From: Candidatus Latescibacterota bacterium
GTDB taxonomy: Bacteria; Latescibacterota; CBDEFO01
Length of the DNA: 64,000 bases
Direction of reading: 5' to 3'
NCBI GenBank assembly: GCA_965248755.1
Contig: OZ252149.1
Location: forward strand, 2,560,001 to 2,624,000
Positions 40,901-51,093 of the stretch are shown one piece after another. The number at the start of each line of letters is the position of its first letter. Position 1 is the first letter of the stretch. Made by a program: the position numbers and the translations under genes. The notes beneath the pieces were generated by a model that saw only the letters and a program-made list of their open reading frames with translations, ran no database searches and was not told the DNA's origin.

Positions 40901-41002
40901 TTCTCACAGGCGCAGCAGTCTTTGAATCTGATATTAAGACAGCAGTCAATAGTTCAGAGTTTTCTCAGATTTTCGGAGAATTTCACTTTGTCTACGTTTT
41001 AA
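37956..41002 (+). pseudogene. fliD: Flagellar cap protein FliD interrupted near its 3' end by IS3 copy 2
   Basis: SGIN.LVSQ.LALER.P, VKQLATA, GQDA, SSNTF; C-terminal coiled coil DTQIERLEERISRKE...F* resumes after the IS. Confidence 0.92.
39545..40832 (+). mobile_element. IS3-family element copy 2 (1288 bp, orfB broken), 4-bp TSD GGAT
   Basis: orfA HTH; A8 slippery site 39897-904; orfB pieces W..DLT, RSDNG, IERFFRTLK, YN..RLHSSLGY; GGAT at 39541-44 and 40833-36. Confidence 0.95.
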
Positions 41003-41094
41003 GGTGTTATACTGAGAAGTTTTCATTGACATCTAACATTTTCTTCTGTATCTTTTTGATGAAACGCAAAAGAATAGGGGACGTTGATCTCAAC

Positions 41095-41115
41095 CCCCGA
41101 TTGAATCTATCGGGG
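41095..41115. repeat. ~21-bp palindrome family CCCCGATTGAATCTATCGGGG; representative copy
   Basis: Copies or variants near 13362, 21071, 27536, 27645, 32084, 34920, 40212, 41095, 49819, 51005, 55488. Confidence 0.9.
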
Positions 41116-41141
41116 ATCAACTCACAAGGAGGTGAGTTGCA

Positions 41142-41711
41142 ATGGCAGAATTTGAAATACAACCGTTAACCAGTACGGCAGAGTCCCCTCCTGTAAGCCC
41201 CCGTGCACGAGGTCAAAAGGCCGAGCGCCCAAAATCTGATGAAAAACAGGTAGCAGAACAGAATCGGACTCCTGAGAAAGATTCGACTAAAGATGTAGAC
41301 AAATTGGTCGAAAATAGAAGAAAAAGTGTCGTTGCTGAGGAATTGATGAGACACGTCTCGTTTTCAGTCAATCAGGAAACGGGACAGGTAACGGTCGAAG
41401 TCATCGATGATGGGACTGAAGAAGTTATACGGGAGATATCTGTGAAGGGAGATCCGGCCAAAGCTATAGACAAATTGGCCGACGATATCAGAAAAAGGTC
41501 CGAAGATGTCAGCGAGAAGATCGCAGCTTATGCTGAGGGATTCAAGAGACATGTCTCGTTTTCAGTCAGTAAGGACGCGGGCCAGGTAGTGATCCAAGTA
41601 ATTAGCGATGAGACTGAAGAGGTAATAAGGCAGATACCTATGCATGAAGCTATCAATTTTAAAAACAAAATAGAGGAACTGCTGGGAACATTTGTCGATA
41701 GGGAAGCGTGA
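41142..41711 (+). CDS. flaG: FlaG-family protein with two FlaG domains
   Basis: RHVSFSV...GQV...VI...TEEVIR.I twice; C-terminal LLGTFVDREA. Confidence 0.88.
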   Translation: MAEFEIQPLTSTAESPPVSPRARGQKAERPKSDEKQVAEQNRTPEKDSTKDVDKLVENRRKSVVAEELMRHVSFSVNQETGQVTVEVIDDGTEEVIREISVKGDPAKAIDKLADDIRKRSEDVSEKIAAYAEGFKRHVSFSVSKDAGQVVIQVISDETEEVIRQIPMHEAINFKNKIEELLGTFVDREA

Positions 41712-41795
41712 CCGGAACATTCCACGTCAAAGACCTATCTGTAGAAGTAAGCTCTTTAAGATCCAGCCACTACTAAAGACAAGTAATGTGATCAG

Positions 41796-42266
41796 ATGAC
41801 ACCAATATACGGCATAAATCAGCTTATAAAAGCTCTTCAAATAAAGAACCATGATGGCGCTTCACGGGTGAAGAAGAGTGAGCCTATTACGAAGGAGGCT
41901 CGTCTTGATAGCCTGGATCTTTCTGAAGTAGCCCTGAGCTTCCATAACCTCCAAGTTAAGTTTGACTCGATCCCGGACGTAAGGCATGAGAAGGTCGCTG
42001 ATGTAAAGGACAAGGTTAAGGAAGGATACTACAATAGAAGAGAAGTAGTAGAGGAAGTCGCAAAAGCGATTATTAAGACAAAGATATCCGGCGACTTTGA
42101 GATAGCCAGAAAGGTCATTGCCAAGACTAAGGGTCAGACTGACGTGAAAACAGACAATGTCGAAAGAGCGCGCCAAAGGGTAGAAGATGACTTTTACTTC
42201 ACAGATCGGGTCAAATCGGTTATAGCACAAAAGTTGTCATATATCCTTAACAGGAACGCTACCTAA
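41796..42266 (+). CDS. flgM: FlgM-like anti-sigma-28 factor, extended
   Basis: DSLDLSE, IPDVRHEKVADVKDKVKEGYY..VAKAII. Confidence 0.7.
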   Translation: MTPIYGINQLIKALQIKNHDGASRVKKSEPITKEARLDSLDLSEVALSFHNLQVKFDSIPDVRHEKVADVKDKVKEGYYNRREVVEEVAKAIIKTKISGDFEIARKVIAKTKGQTDVKTDNVERARQRVEDDFYFTDRVKSVIAQKLSYILNRNAT

Positions 42267-42269
42267 ACG

Positions 42270-42722
42270 ATGACTGAGCTTCACGACAATTCGATCAAGA
42301 GCATGGTCGATGAAATAAAAGTCAAGGACGGCATAGCCACACTGCCGGATCCGGATGCACGTATTGACGGTGTGAAAAAGTCAGTGCTCCTGAAGGCGGC
42401 TTTCAAGTAGTACAGAAAGATATTCCAGGGAGACAATAAACATCATCCCAACGGCACCTGGAAATGGTACCGATGAGATAACTGCGAGCAAGAATGCCAC
42501 AAGTACATAGACTTAAGGAATGATCCGACCAATCCTACCGGAAAGAAAGTGCCAGACCATTGTCCGTTGGAATTTGATCTTTACAGCCTCAAGTGTACAG
42601 GTTGCAGCCAGGAGTTGTCCTGGCCCCCTGACGAAAGCCATAAACCTTACAGTCCCTACTGTCCCGACTGCAAAGAGATTATGAAGGAGGATTACGATAT
42701 ACTTTGCACACTTATATCTTGA
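42270..42722 (+). pseudogene. Cys-rich Zn-ribbon-like frame with in-frame TAG and TGA
   Basis: One frame: MTELHD..AAFK-TAG-YRKI..WKWYR-TGA-DNCEQEC..HCP..CTGC..CPDC. Confidence 0.5.
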
Positions 42723-43139
42723 TATCCTTCCTATTATCAGTTCCCTGTTTAATCTCCTGCCCTAGTTTAAATCCACATCTTTTACAAATTCGGAGAACTA
42801 CACTGCCCTTTACAAAGCCCCCTTTGTTCCTTTCGCTTTGATAGTCCCTCTTCTTAAAGCACCCAGAGCTATTCAGTTTTCTTTGAGCTTGCTTCGGGAT
42901 TTCATCCCTTGCAATGACCGAAGCTAAGCAACGCCATTGCAAAGCGGCGTGGGCACTTCGCTCGTTGCTGCCACCCCTTTTTGCAGGGGGCACGAAGTGC
43001 CAACAAACCATGAAGTGGGGAAGTGGGCAAAGCAATCTCGATTTCTACTCTTATCTTGACACATAAGAAAGTATAGACTATATTTATGCCGTTGTGAAGT
43101 GAGCATCGGGTGGGATTCTCTAAATAGGTCAAAATCGGC

Positions 43140-44225
43140 ATGAAGAACCCCTTTGACATCAACATCTGCCAGAAACTGCTTATCAAGGCTTTTCAACTTT
43201 TTCCTTCGGAAGATGTTCTTATCTTCTCCTGTGGAAATCCCCACTTTGCACTTATAGTGGCCAAGCTGAATCCCGACGCCCGTATTTATATAGTGGATAC
43301 TGATATAAGATCCGTCCACCTTGCAGAAGAGCAAAAAGACGCAACGCACATCTTTAACGCTCAGGCTATCCTAGCTGATACACCACAAGACCTGAAAGAC
43401 TTACGGTTCGCTGCTGTGCTCTTAAGCCCTCCTATCCACATAGGCAAAGACAGGATCTTCGAGATGATTGAGGATTCTGCCCACCTTTTGAAACCGAACG
43501 GACGCCTCTATTTTTCCGCAAAGACAAACAAAGGAGCCAAGACATACTCCTTAAGGATGCGACAGGTCTTGGGAAATTCGACCCTGCTCAAAAAGGGAAG
43601 CGGGGTCAGGGTTGTGCTCTCGCTCAAAGATCAAAGGACCGACACCCGCCTTAAGAGACTTCCATCTGACAGATACCATAAGAGAGTAAGGGAGACTATA
43701 AGAGAAAGACAATATACATTTATTACCACCTGCGGAATATTCTCAAGAGAGAGAATCGACTCAGGGACAAAGCTCTTGTTAGAAGCTATGCAGATTAAAC
43801 CGGGAGACGTTATACTCGACCTGGGATGCGGATACGGAGCTATAGGGATAACGGCAGCACGTGAAGCTTCCCAGGGTAAGGTGTACATGTTGGACTCCGA
43901 CATAAGAGCAGTTAAGTTTGCGAACAAGAACATAAAGATCAATGAGATTACCAACGCCCAGGCTCTTATAAGCGATGGCTTTGAAAGTCTCAAGAATGAA
44001 AAATTCAACCTCATAATCAGCAATCCTCCCTCCCATCGCGGAGCAGGCACGGCGCTTCAGTTTGTAGCAGGATCTTACAAGGCTCTCGGAAAAAAAGGGA
44101 GACTCTATCTTGTAGCTGTAAAACCCCAGCTATATAGAAAAAGGATGATTAACACTTTCGGAAACGCCTGTGTTGTCGAAGAAAACGGGGACTATACAGT
44201 GCTGATGTCGGAAGCGGGACGTTAG
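43140..44225 (+). CDS. RsmC-like methyltransferase with two MTS domains
   Basis: SPPIHIGK; GIFSRERIDSGTKLL, LDLGCGYG, SNPP. Confidence 0.85.
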   Translation: MKNPFDINICQKLLIKAFQLFPSEDVLIFSCGNPHFALIVAKLNPDARIYIVDTDIRSVHLAEEQKDATHIFNAQAILADTPQDLKDLRFAAVLLSPPIHIGKDRIFEMIEDSAHLLKPNGRLYFSAKTNKGAKTYSLRMRQVLGNSTLLKKGSGVRVVLSLKDQRTDTRLKRLPSDRYHKRVRETIRERQYTFITTCGIFSRERIDSGTKLLLEAMQIKPGDVILDLGCGYGAIGITAAREASQGKVYMLDSDIRAVKFANKNIKINEITNAQALISDGFESLKNEKFNLIISNPPSHRGAGTALQFVAGSYKALGKKGRLYLVAVKPQLYRKRMINTFGNACVVEENGDYTVLMSEAGR

Positions 44226-44259
44226 CTTAAAGACTGACTATTAGGAGAAGAGAGCCTGA

Positions 44260-45117
44260 ATGAACCAGACATCCAAGCAATACGACAGGAAAGTATTCAG
44301 ATGGTACGGCATATTGGGAGCCGCCATAATCATCTTATCTGAAATCCTAATGTTTCAAAGGGTTATGATCGTATCTCAGTTTTTTACAGCCATTGTCTGG
44401 ACGGGATACATCCTCTTCATGGACGCCTTAATCTTCAAATTGAAGGGCAAATCTCTTATCTCTAATAGAACGAGGGAACTCGTTCTTATGCTTATCTTGT
44501 CTGTGATATTCTGGCTGATATTTGAGTTCTACAATTTCTCCATCAAAAACTGGCACTATATCAATCTGCCCCCAATATGGTGGGTCAGATGGTTAGGTTG
44601 TATTTGGGCTTTTGCAACCATACTGCCGGGAATATTCCTGACTACGGAGTTAATAGAGGCATTAGGGATATTCAAAGGAACAAGAGCCAGGGGGGTGCGA
44701 CCACTCCGCAGGGAAACCGTCACAAGAAAGGGGCTCTATATACACATGTCATTCGGGGCGTGCTGTCTGCTTGTACCCATTATTTTCCACTCCGATTACC
44801 TGTCCCCCCTTGTGTGGGCGGGATTCATCTTCCTGTTGGAACCGATAAACTATATTTCAGGGGGAAGATCTATTCTGAGAGATTTGAAACAGGGAACGAC
44901 CGAGAAGTTCTGGTCTCTTATGTTAGCCGGACTTGTATGCGGGGTGTTGTGGGAGTTTTGGAACTATTGGTCGTATACCAAATGGATATACACTGTCCCG
45001 TATCCGCTGGACATCAAGATATTCGAGATGCCCATTTTGGGGTGGCTCGGCTTTCCGCCCTTTGCCGTTGAATGCTACGCTATGTACAACTTTGCAAGAG
45101 TGACCCTTAAATTCTAG
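44260..45117 (+). CDS. Conserved hypothetical membrane protein
   Basis: FWLIFEFYN..NWHY, LWEFWNYWS..KW.Y, FEMPILG.LGFPPF. Confidence 0.8.
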   Translation: MNQTSKQYDRKVFRWYGILGAAIIILSEILMFQRVMIVSQFFTAIVWTGYILFMDALIFKLKGKSLISNRTRELVLMLILSVIFWLIFEFYNFSIKNWHYINLPPIWWVRWLGCIWAFATILPGIFLTTELIEALGIFKGTRARGVRPLRRETVTRKGLYIHMSFGACCLLVPIIFHSDYLSPLVWAGFIFLLEPINYISGGRSILRDLKQGTTEKFWSLMLAGLVCGVLWEFWNYWSYTKWIYTVPYPLDIKIFEMPILGWLGFPPFAVECYAMYNFARVTLKF

Positions 45118-46063
45118 TCTCGATAGCAACTATTACCTCTTTTATTGAGACTTCCCGCTGTCTTTTATACGACGAGATCGTGGTCACATTTTCGCCTCTG
45201 GGAGCCCATACACCGGGGTCAGACGCCTTGAATATCGCAAGTGTAGGTGTCCCAACCGCCGCTGAGATATGCGAAACTCCCGAATCGTTCCCCAAAAAGA
45301 GGTGGCACCTTTCCAGAAGAGCCGCCAATTGTACGAGGGAAAGGTCTTTTACCAGGATAGGTTTGCAGCTCTGTCGGTTCAGGACGTCATTTACAGCTTC
45401 CTTGTCTATGGGTCCAGAGATCAGGACGACCTTGGCCCCGCGAGCGCGGCTTATGTGCTCGATGACAGATGCGAAGTTCTCCGGAGGCCACATCTTCTTT
45501 TTCGCTCCGCACCCCGGGTGAACGGCAACTAACGGTCCGAATTTCTCCAGTTTCTCCTCCGACAAAAACTTCGACGCGAAGCACCTGTCCTGAGGATTTA
45601 AGAATATCTTAGGGGCTATTCCCTCTTCCCGGATGCCGAGCGGCCTTAGGGCGTCTATCAGATGATCTATAGCGTGTCTTTTTGCGCATTGTGCTGGTGC
45701 AACCACTCTGTCGGGAATAGGGTCCCAAACGATTACGGATTTTGTCCCCGTTCTCCTCAGATTCCACTCTAATAGGCCGTCGTCGTCTCTTTGGTACGAC
45801 ACTATCAGATCGAATCTTGAAAAGTAATCCGAAATATCTCTATCCAGCCTTCCATCCACCCTAAAAAAGCTCGACATTCCGGCTGTATCTACAGACCTTC
45901 CTGCATCGGCATAGTACCTCCCCAGGGCCAACTCCAGCGTCGAGGGATAACCCATAACCTCGACCTTTGCCCTGGGAAATCTTCTCCTCAGGGCTCCGAT
46001 AGCCGGGAGACTCAGCACGAAATCACCTACAGCTCCGGAACGTATCACAAGGATATTTTTCAA
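45107..46063 (-). CDS. GT9 heptosyltransferase-family protein
   Basis: IRSGAVGDFV, HPGCG...K.W, GNDSGVSHISAAVGTP. Confidence 0.92.
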   Translation of the reverse strand: MKNILVIRSGAVGDFVLSLPAIGALRRRFPRAKVEVMGYPSTLELALGRYYADAGRSVDTAGMSSFFRVDGRLDRDISDYFSRFDLIVSYQRDDDGLLEWNLRRTGTKSVIVWDPIPDRVVAPAQCAKRHAIDHLIDALRPLGIREEGIAPKIFLNPQDRCFASKFLSEEKLEKFGPLVAVHPGCGAKKKMWPPENFASVIEHISRARGAKVVLISGPIDKEAVNDVLNRQSCKPILVKDLSLVQLAALLERCHLFLGNDSGVSHISAAVGTPTLAIFKASDPGVWAPRGENVTTISSYKRQREVSIKEVIVAIETRI

Positions 46064-46253
46064 GGGTTCTTCATCGCCTCCTTATACTTGACCAATCGCA
46101 TAACATGATCTGAACTGTCCCTTAAGTCTTAGTATTGCAAAGTTGATGCGAAAAGTCAATAAGAGACACAAAATTTCCTTGACAAATCTCGCTCTTTTTC
46201 CGATAATAGTCGATGCCTATATCTGCAATCTGTAAAGGACGGAACTCTATCCT

Positions 46254-48158
46254 ATGTCAAAGAATGTGCCCAGATTTATAACGCTGATTTTGATTATTCT
46301 CCCTCTTCTTGTCTCATCGTGTCAGCCTCCTGATGCCGTAAAGGAGGAAGAACCTCCACATCGAGTGGTGCGCCCCCCGCAAGTGGAAGCTACTCGTGAG
46401 AAGATCGTTCAAAGAGATCTCAGCTTCAGCCTAAAATCTATCGGCAATCCTCTCATCGGACCAAACAGCGCCCATGTAGAAGTTCACAATCGTACCTCCA
46501 AAGATAGATATTTAAGCTTCATATTGAAAGTCATCTCTCCGGCTGGAGAGGAGACCTTAAGCTCTATAGACACCTCTGTATTCCCCAACTCTCTAAGACT
46601 CATCTCTTTGGATTATGTCACACCAGAAAAGGGGAAATATAGAATATGGATCATCGCTATAGACACAGCTTCCGATGCGATAGTCTATTGGTCCGGCGGA
46701 CAGACCCTGCGCGTCCACGATCTTCTGGAGTTGAGTCTGGACCGGACTTACTATACTAGGGAGGAGAAGATAAGGTGTCAGATAGACCTAAATATCCCTT
46801 TAAATCTGCTTGCGGGCACAAGTCTGGAAATCTATCTTTACCAGGGGGAACCGGAAAAGGTCAACAGACTAGTCCGGGTCACAGGTGAAGCTGACTATCA
46901 CCAGAGTCTTTTCGGGAAAGAAGGTGAAGGACTCGTATCGGAAAGACACGTAGCACCACTTGAGCCGGGCGATGTCAGGGTAGAATTCGACGCTGAACGG
47001 ATACATATCGGTAAGTTTTCGATCAGGGCGGAACTTAAGGATATAGAAAACCAGATTTCAGCGTCGGCCAGGATAGTCTCCCAGAAACTCCCACCTAAGA
47101 ACAGAGAAGTTAAGATAGATTTCTTCACGAACAACCTCCTTTTAGATGGGACTCCATTTTTCCCGGTCGGACTCTACTGGCTCAGAAAGAACATCCTCTC
47201 TGATATGAAAAGCAAAGGCTTTAACTCAGGAGATTATTATCCCTGGCTGACGAAGGGTCAAATTAGTGAACTTATGGATGCGGCGCGAGATAGTGGCATG
47301 ATGATCCTCTTAGAACTTAGCGAATTCTTGAGAGTGGACAAAGAGCCAGATCTTGAGGGTATAAGAAATACAGTGTCTCTTTACAAAGATCATCCTGCCC
47401 TCCTCTTGTGGTACTTAATAGACGAACCCGTTGAGACTGATACCCCTCCTTCCAATACACAGAAGGCCTACGATCTGGTAAGGGAACTTGACCCCTATCA
47501 TCCTGTGTACATGGTCAACAATCGTCCCAACTATTACGACGACTATTCCGAATCATTAGATATTCTGGCCATAGACCCTTACCCTATTCCCAAGTATCCC
47601 CCCTCCAGGGTCTCGGACCTGATGGACAGGGCAAAAGAGGCTGTGGAGGGCAAAAAGCCTGTATGGGTTATCCCTCAGGCGTTCGGAGCGACCGAACGAT
47701 GGGATAGGACGCCGACTCCCGAAGAAGAGCGATTGATGACGTACCTTGCGCTGATACACCGAGCCAAAGGCATCCTCTTTTACAGGTATTGTGAGGAATC
47801 CGAGCGGAATATCCAGCCGCTCAAACTCTGGCAGGAGGTAGTAAAGTTAGCCAAGGAGATAGGAGAGCTCTCCCCTGTGCTCCTCTCTCACGACTATAGG
47901 GGGAATATCGCGGTGGACCCGGACGCGCTACGGATAGATACTCTACTGAAGGAACACGACGGCAGTATCTATATATTCGTCGCTAACAGGAGCAAAGACT
48001 CCCTCAAGATGAAGATCCATCTGGAGGATATAGAAAAAGACACGGAAGCCCAAATTCTCTACGAGGAAGAGACGATAATCATCAAGGATGGACTACTGGC
48101 AGATAAACTGAAAGGTTACCAAGTCCGCATATACAAGGTTGTAGGCAGTATGCAGTAG
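46254..48158 (+). CDS. Lipoprotein with putative glycoside-hydrolase-like TIM barrel
   Basis: Lipobox VSSC; DGTPFFPVGLY, HPALLLWYLIDEP, DPYHP, DPYP, W.IPQAF. Confidence 0.7.
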   Translation: MSKNVPRFITLILIILPLLVSSCQPPDAVKEEEPPHRVVRPPQVEATREKIVQRDLSFSLKSIGNPLIGPNSAHVEVHNRTSKDRYLSFILKVISPAGEETLSSIDTSVFPNSLRLISLDYVTPEKGKYRIWIIAIDTASDAIVYWSGGQTLRVHDLLELSLDRTYYTREEKIRCQIDLNIPLNLLAGTSLEIYLYQGEPEKVNRLVRVTGEADYHQSLFGKEGEGLVSERHVAPLEPGDVRVEFDAERIHIGKFSIRAELKDIENQISASARIVSQKLPPKNREVKIDFFTNNLLLDGTPFFPVGLYWLRKNILSDMKSKGFNSGDYYPWLTKGQISELMDAARDSGMMILLELSEFLRVDKEPDLEGIRNTVSLYKDHPALLLWYLIDEPVETDTPPSNTQKAYDLVRELDPYHPVYMVNNRPNYYDDYSESLDILAIDPYPIPKYPPSRVSDLMDRAKEAVEGKKPVWVIPQAFGATERWDRTPTPEEERLMTYLALIHRAKGILFYRYCEESERNIQPLKLWQEVVKLAKEIGELSPVLLSHDYRGNIAVDPDALRIDTLLKEHDGSIYIFVANRSKDSLKMKIHLEDIEKDTEAQILYEEETIIIKDGLLADKLKGYQVRIYKVVGSMQ

Positions 48159-48549
48159 ACCGTAAACGGGGATTCTCCCAACGCAACCCCTTATACAACA
48201 CCTGAAGCGGTGAAGTCACGTGTTCGCCCTGCAGTAGACAGATACGCAAGCGAAAAACAATTGATTTTGGATCGGTTATTAGTTATGTTAATAACATAGG
48301 GGTTCTCTCAGAAGAAAGGGCGCCATATGTCGAGAATGGACTGAGGGGAAAATGAGTGCAGAAAGAGACGGTTTCGGCTTTCTGAAAGGCAAAGGAGGGA
48401 TAGCGCCCGGTAACGATGAGAAGTGGAGCGCCTACTGCAAAATAAGAGCGTTTCTTCACTTCCGGATTTACTGTCTTTTCGAATCGTAAGAGCTCAGTCC
48501 CCTTCGACTGGGCTCTTCGTATTATGATGGAAGTCAAAGGAGTTTCCAG

Positions 48550-49641
48550 ATGCCGCTTTCGATCGGTATAGTAGGCATGCCCAACGTGGGAAAATCCACG
48601 CTCTTTAATGCCTTGACCCAGGCCGGAGCCCAGATGTCCAATTATGCCTTTACAACTATAGATAGAAATGTAGGGGCTGTGGAGGTGCCGGACGAGAGAT
48701 TGCAGGAACTCAACCGCCTTCTATCACCTGAGGAGTGTATACCGACGACGATTCAGTTTGTTGACATCGCTGGACTCGTTGAGGGAGCAAGCAGAGGTGA
48801 AGGTCTGGGAAACAAATTCCTGGGACATATACGAGAAGTGGACGCTGTTGCCCACGTGGTCAGATGTTTTGAGGACGAAAGGGTAGTCCGCACAGATCGG
48901 AGCATTGATCCATCCAGAGACGCGGAGATCGTGAACACGGAGCTTTCCCTTGCCGATTTAGAGACTACGGAAAAGGGCTTACAAAGATGGCAGAAGATAG
49001 CTAGGAGCGATGCAAAATTAGAATCGGGTCAGATAGATACGTACAGAAAGGTAAAAGATGGCCTCGAACAAGGGATGATGGTACGAGGCATCGTTCTTTC
49101 AGATGAAGAGATGGAGATCGTGGCGGAGAGCCATTTTTTGACGCTCAAGCCCCTCTTGTATGTGGCAAATGTGGCAGAGGACGACCCAAAGGGCAAAGGT
49201 CTGCTTGTCAAAGGGCTAAGAGAATCCCTTGGAGAAAATAAGATCATAACCCCGATCTCAGCTAAGATGGAGGAGGAGATCTCCGAGCTTCCCGATGAAG
49301 AGCGGGAGGAGTTCCTATTCGATCTCGGATTAGAGGATTCGTGCATAAACAGGTTCATATTGGAAGGATACAAGCTCTTGAATCTGATTACGTTTTACAC
49401 CACCGCAAACAACAAACTCAGAGCTTGGCAGCTAACAGACGGAACTAATGCCCCCGACGCTGCGGGAAACATTCACTCAGATATGCAACAAAGATTCATA
49501 AAGGCAGAGGTGGCATCTTACGAGGATCTGAAGAGACACGGCTCTATGGCAGAGCTTCAGCGGACAGGTTTGGTGAAGATAGAGGGCAAGGATTATAAGG
49601 TGAGAGACGGGGACGTTATGCATTTTATGTTCGGTAAATAA
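48550..49641 (+). CDS. ychF: Redox-regulated ATPase YchF
   Basis: GMPNVGKSTLFN, DIAGLV, GEGLGNKFL, EGKDY.V.DGD. Confidence 0.97.
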   Translation: MPLSIGIVGMPNVGKSTLFNALTQAGAQMSNYAFTTIDRNVGAVEVPDERLQELNRLLSPEECIPTTIQFVDIAGLVEGASRGEGLGNKFLGHIREVDAVAHVVRCFEDERVVRTDRSIDPSRDAEIVNTELSLADLETTEKGLQRWQKIARSDAKLESGQIDTYRKVKDGLEQGMMVRGIVLSDEEMEIVAESHFLTLKPLLYVANVAEDDPKGKGLLVKGLRESLGENKIITPISAKMEEEISELPDEEREEFLFDLGLEDSCINRFILEGYKLLNLITFYTTANNKLRAWQLTDGTNAPDAAGNIHSDMQQRFIKAEVASYEDLKRHGSMAELQRTGLVKIEGKDYKVRDGDVMHFMFGK

Positions 49642-49868
49642 TCGGTGAACAACTTGTAACCAAGAGTTGACATGACAAAAATGTAGTAGACAGCAAATAG
49701 TAGACTACATACGGGAAGGAGCCAAAGCGAAATTTCTTCGCTGTCCCTTCGCTTCGCTCTGGGCTAAAGTATCGCAGTTACGGTTCAGGAGTGAGAAAGT
49801 GCCCTCCCGAGATCGAATCCCCGATTGACTCTGTCAGGGGGGCTGTCTACTGATTTGAGGTGATGCTT

Positions 49869-50837
49869 ATGCCGTTCCCGATAGTGAGAATGCGGCGCTT
49901 AAGAAGAAATGAGAATTTGCGCAGGATGGTAAGAGAGACCAAGCTCTCTGTGGACGATCTTATATTGCCTCTTTTTGTCTGTCCGGGAAGCGGCGTAAAG
50001 AAGGAAATTCCGTCTATGCCCGGGAACTATCAGATGTCCACTGATGTGCTGGTCGAAGAGTGCAAAGAGGTCGCTGATTTAGGCGTTCCGGCCGTGATCC
50101 TATTCGGAATACCAGAGAACAAGGACGAATTGGGTTCAGAGGCTTACGCCGATGATGGGATTATTCAAAGGGCTGTGCAGGCGATCAAGGAGAACGTCCA
50201 GGATTTGACTGTGATCACGGACGTATGCCTGTGCGAATATACGAGTCACGGCCACTGCGGGGTTGTGGAGGACGGGGATGTGAAGAACGACGCAACTTTG
50301 GAACTTTTAGTAAGAGAGGCCCTGTCGCACGTAGTAGCTGGAGCGGACATCGTAGCGCCGTCGGATATGATGGATGGGCGCGTTGGGGCTATCCGTACGG
50401 CTTTGGATGAACACGGCTTCTCGGAAGTTCTGATTATGGCTTACTCAGCCAAGTACTGTTCCGCGTTCTACGGTCCCTTCAGGGACGCTGCCGAGTCCAC
50501 ACCCCAATTCGGGGACAGGAGTTCTTACCAGATGGACCCGGCAAATTCGGGCGAAGCTCTAAGAGAGATAGAATTGGATATAGCTGAGGGCGCCGATATC
50601 GTGATGATAAAACCTGCTTTGGCCTACCTGGACATTATACATCGTGTTAAGAGCACCTTCATGTGCCCAGTGGCAGCTTACAATGTGAGCGGCGAGTTTG
50701 CCATGATCAAGGCCGCCGCAGAAAACGGATGGTTAGATGAAGACAGGGCGGTTATGGAGGTCTTGACATCCATAAAAAGAGCCGGGGCAGACGTCATTTT
50801 GACTTATTTTGCCAAAGATCTGGCAAGGAAGCTTTAG
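49869..50837 (+). CDS. hemB: Porphobilinogen synthase
   Basis: [34 protein letters not shown]. Confidence 0.98.
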   Translation: MPFPIVRMRRLRRNENLRRMVRETKLSVDDLILPLFVCPGSGVKKEIPSMPGNYQMSTDVLVEECKEVADLGVPAVILFGIPENKDELGSEAYADDGIIQRAVQAIKENVQDLTVITDVCLCEYTSHGHCGVVEDGDVKNDATLELLVREALSHVVAGADIVAPSDMMDGRVGAIRTALDEHGFSEVLIMAYSAKYCSAFYGPFRDAAESTPQFGDRSSYQMDPANSGEALREIELDIAEGADIVMIKPALAYLDIIHRVKSTFMCPVAAYNVSGEFAMIKAAAENGWLDEDRAVMEVLTSIKRAGADVILTYFAKDLARKL

Positions 50838-50918
50838 TTGACAGCTTACAGCCAGAGGCAGTTCAACGGAGGTTGCTTTGCTATCGCTCGTAATGACAGT
50901 GCTTGGCTAATGACCCAC

Positions 50919-50942
50919 AGGACAGACAAAAATGTCTGTCCT
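50919..50942. repeat. (G)ACAGACA.GAATGTCTGTC hairpin repeat family; representative copy
   Basis: Similar hairpins near 34813 and 55432. Confidence 0.65.
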
Positions 50943-51093
50943 ACTGTCTGCTATTGCAAGGGGTGAAATATGCTTCATTAGACATTCCTGTCTGACGAAG
51001 CAATCCCCGATTGAATCTATCGGGACAATGGAAGGGAGGCGCTGCGCCTGTCTACTGTCTACTAACTGCTGCCTGCTTACAAAGGGGGTGACC

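Noticed and set aside
42712..43349. Minus-strand ORFs of 94-141 aa
   Set aside because: They overlap REP-like repeats and the antisense of the methyltransferase; no motifs
48300..48440. Lysine, glycine or c-di-GMP riboswitch
   Set aside because: Only isolated words match (GTGGAGCGC, GGCAAA); core motif order is absent
50932..51093. N-terminal extensions of prs, xerD (to 21062) and the HK (from 59551) in the ORF track
   Set aside because: They translate intergenic repeats; downstream ATGs at family-typical starts are preferred
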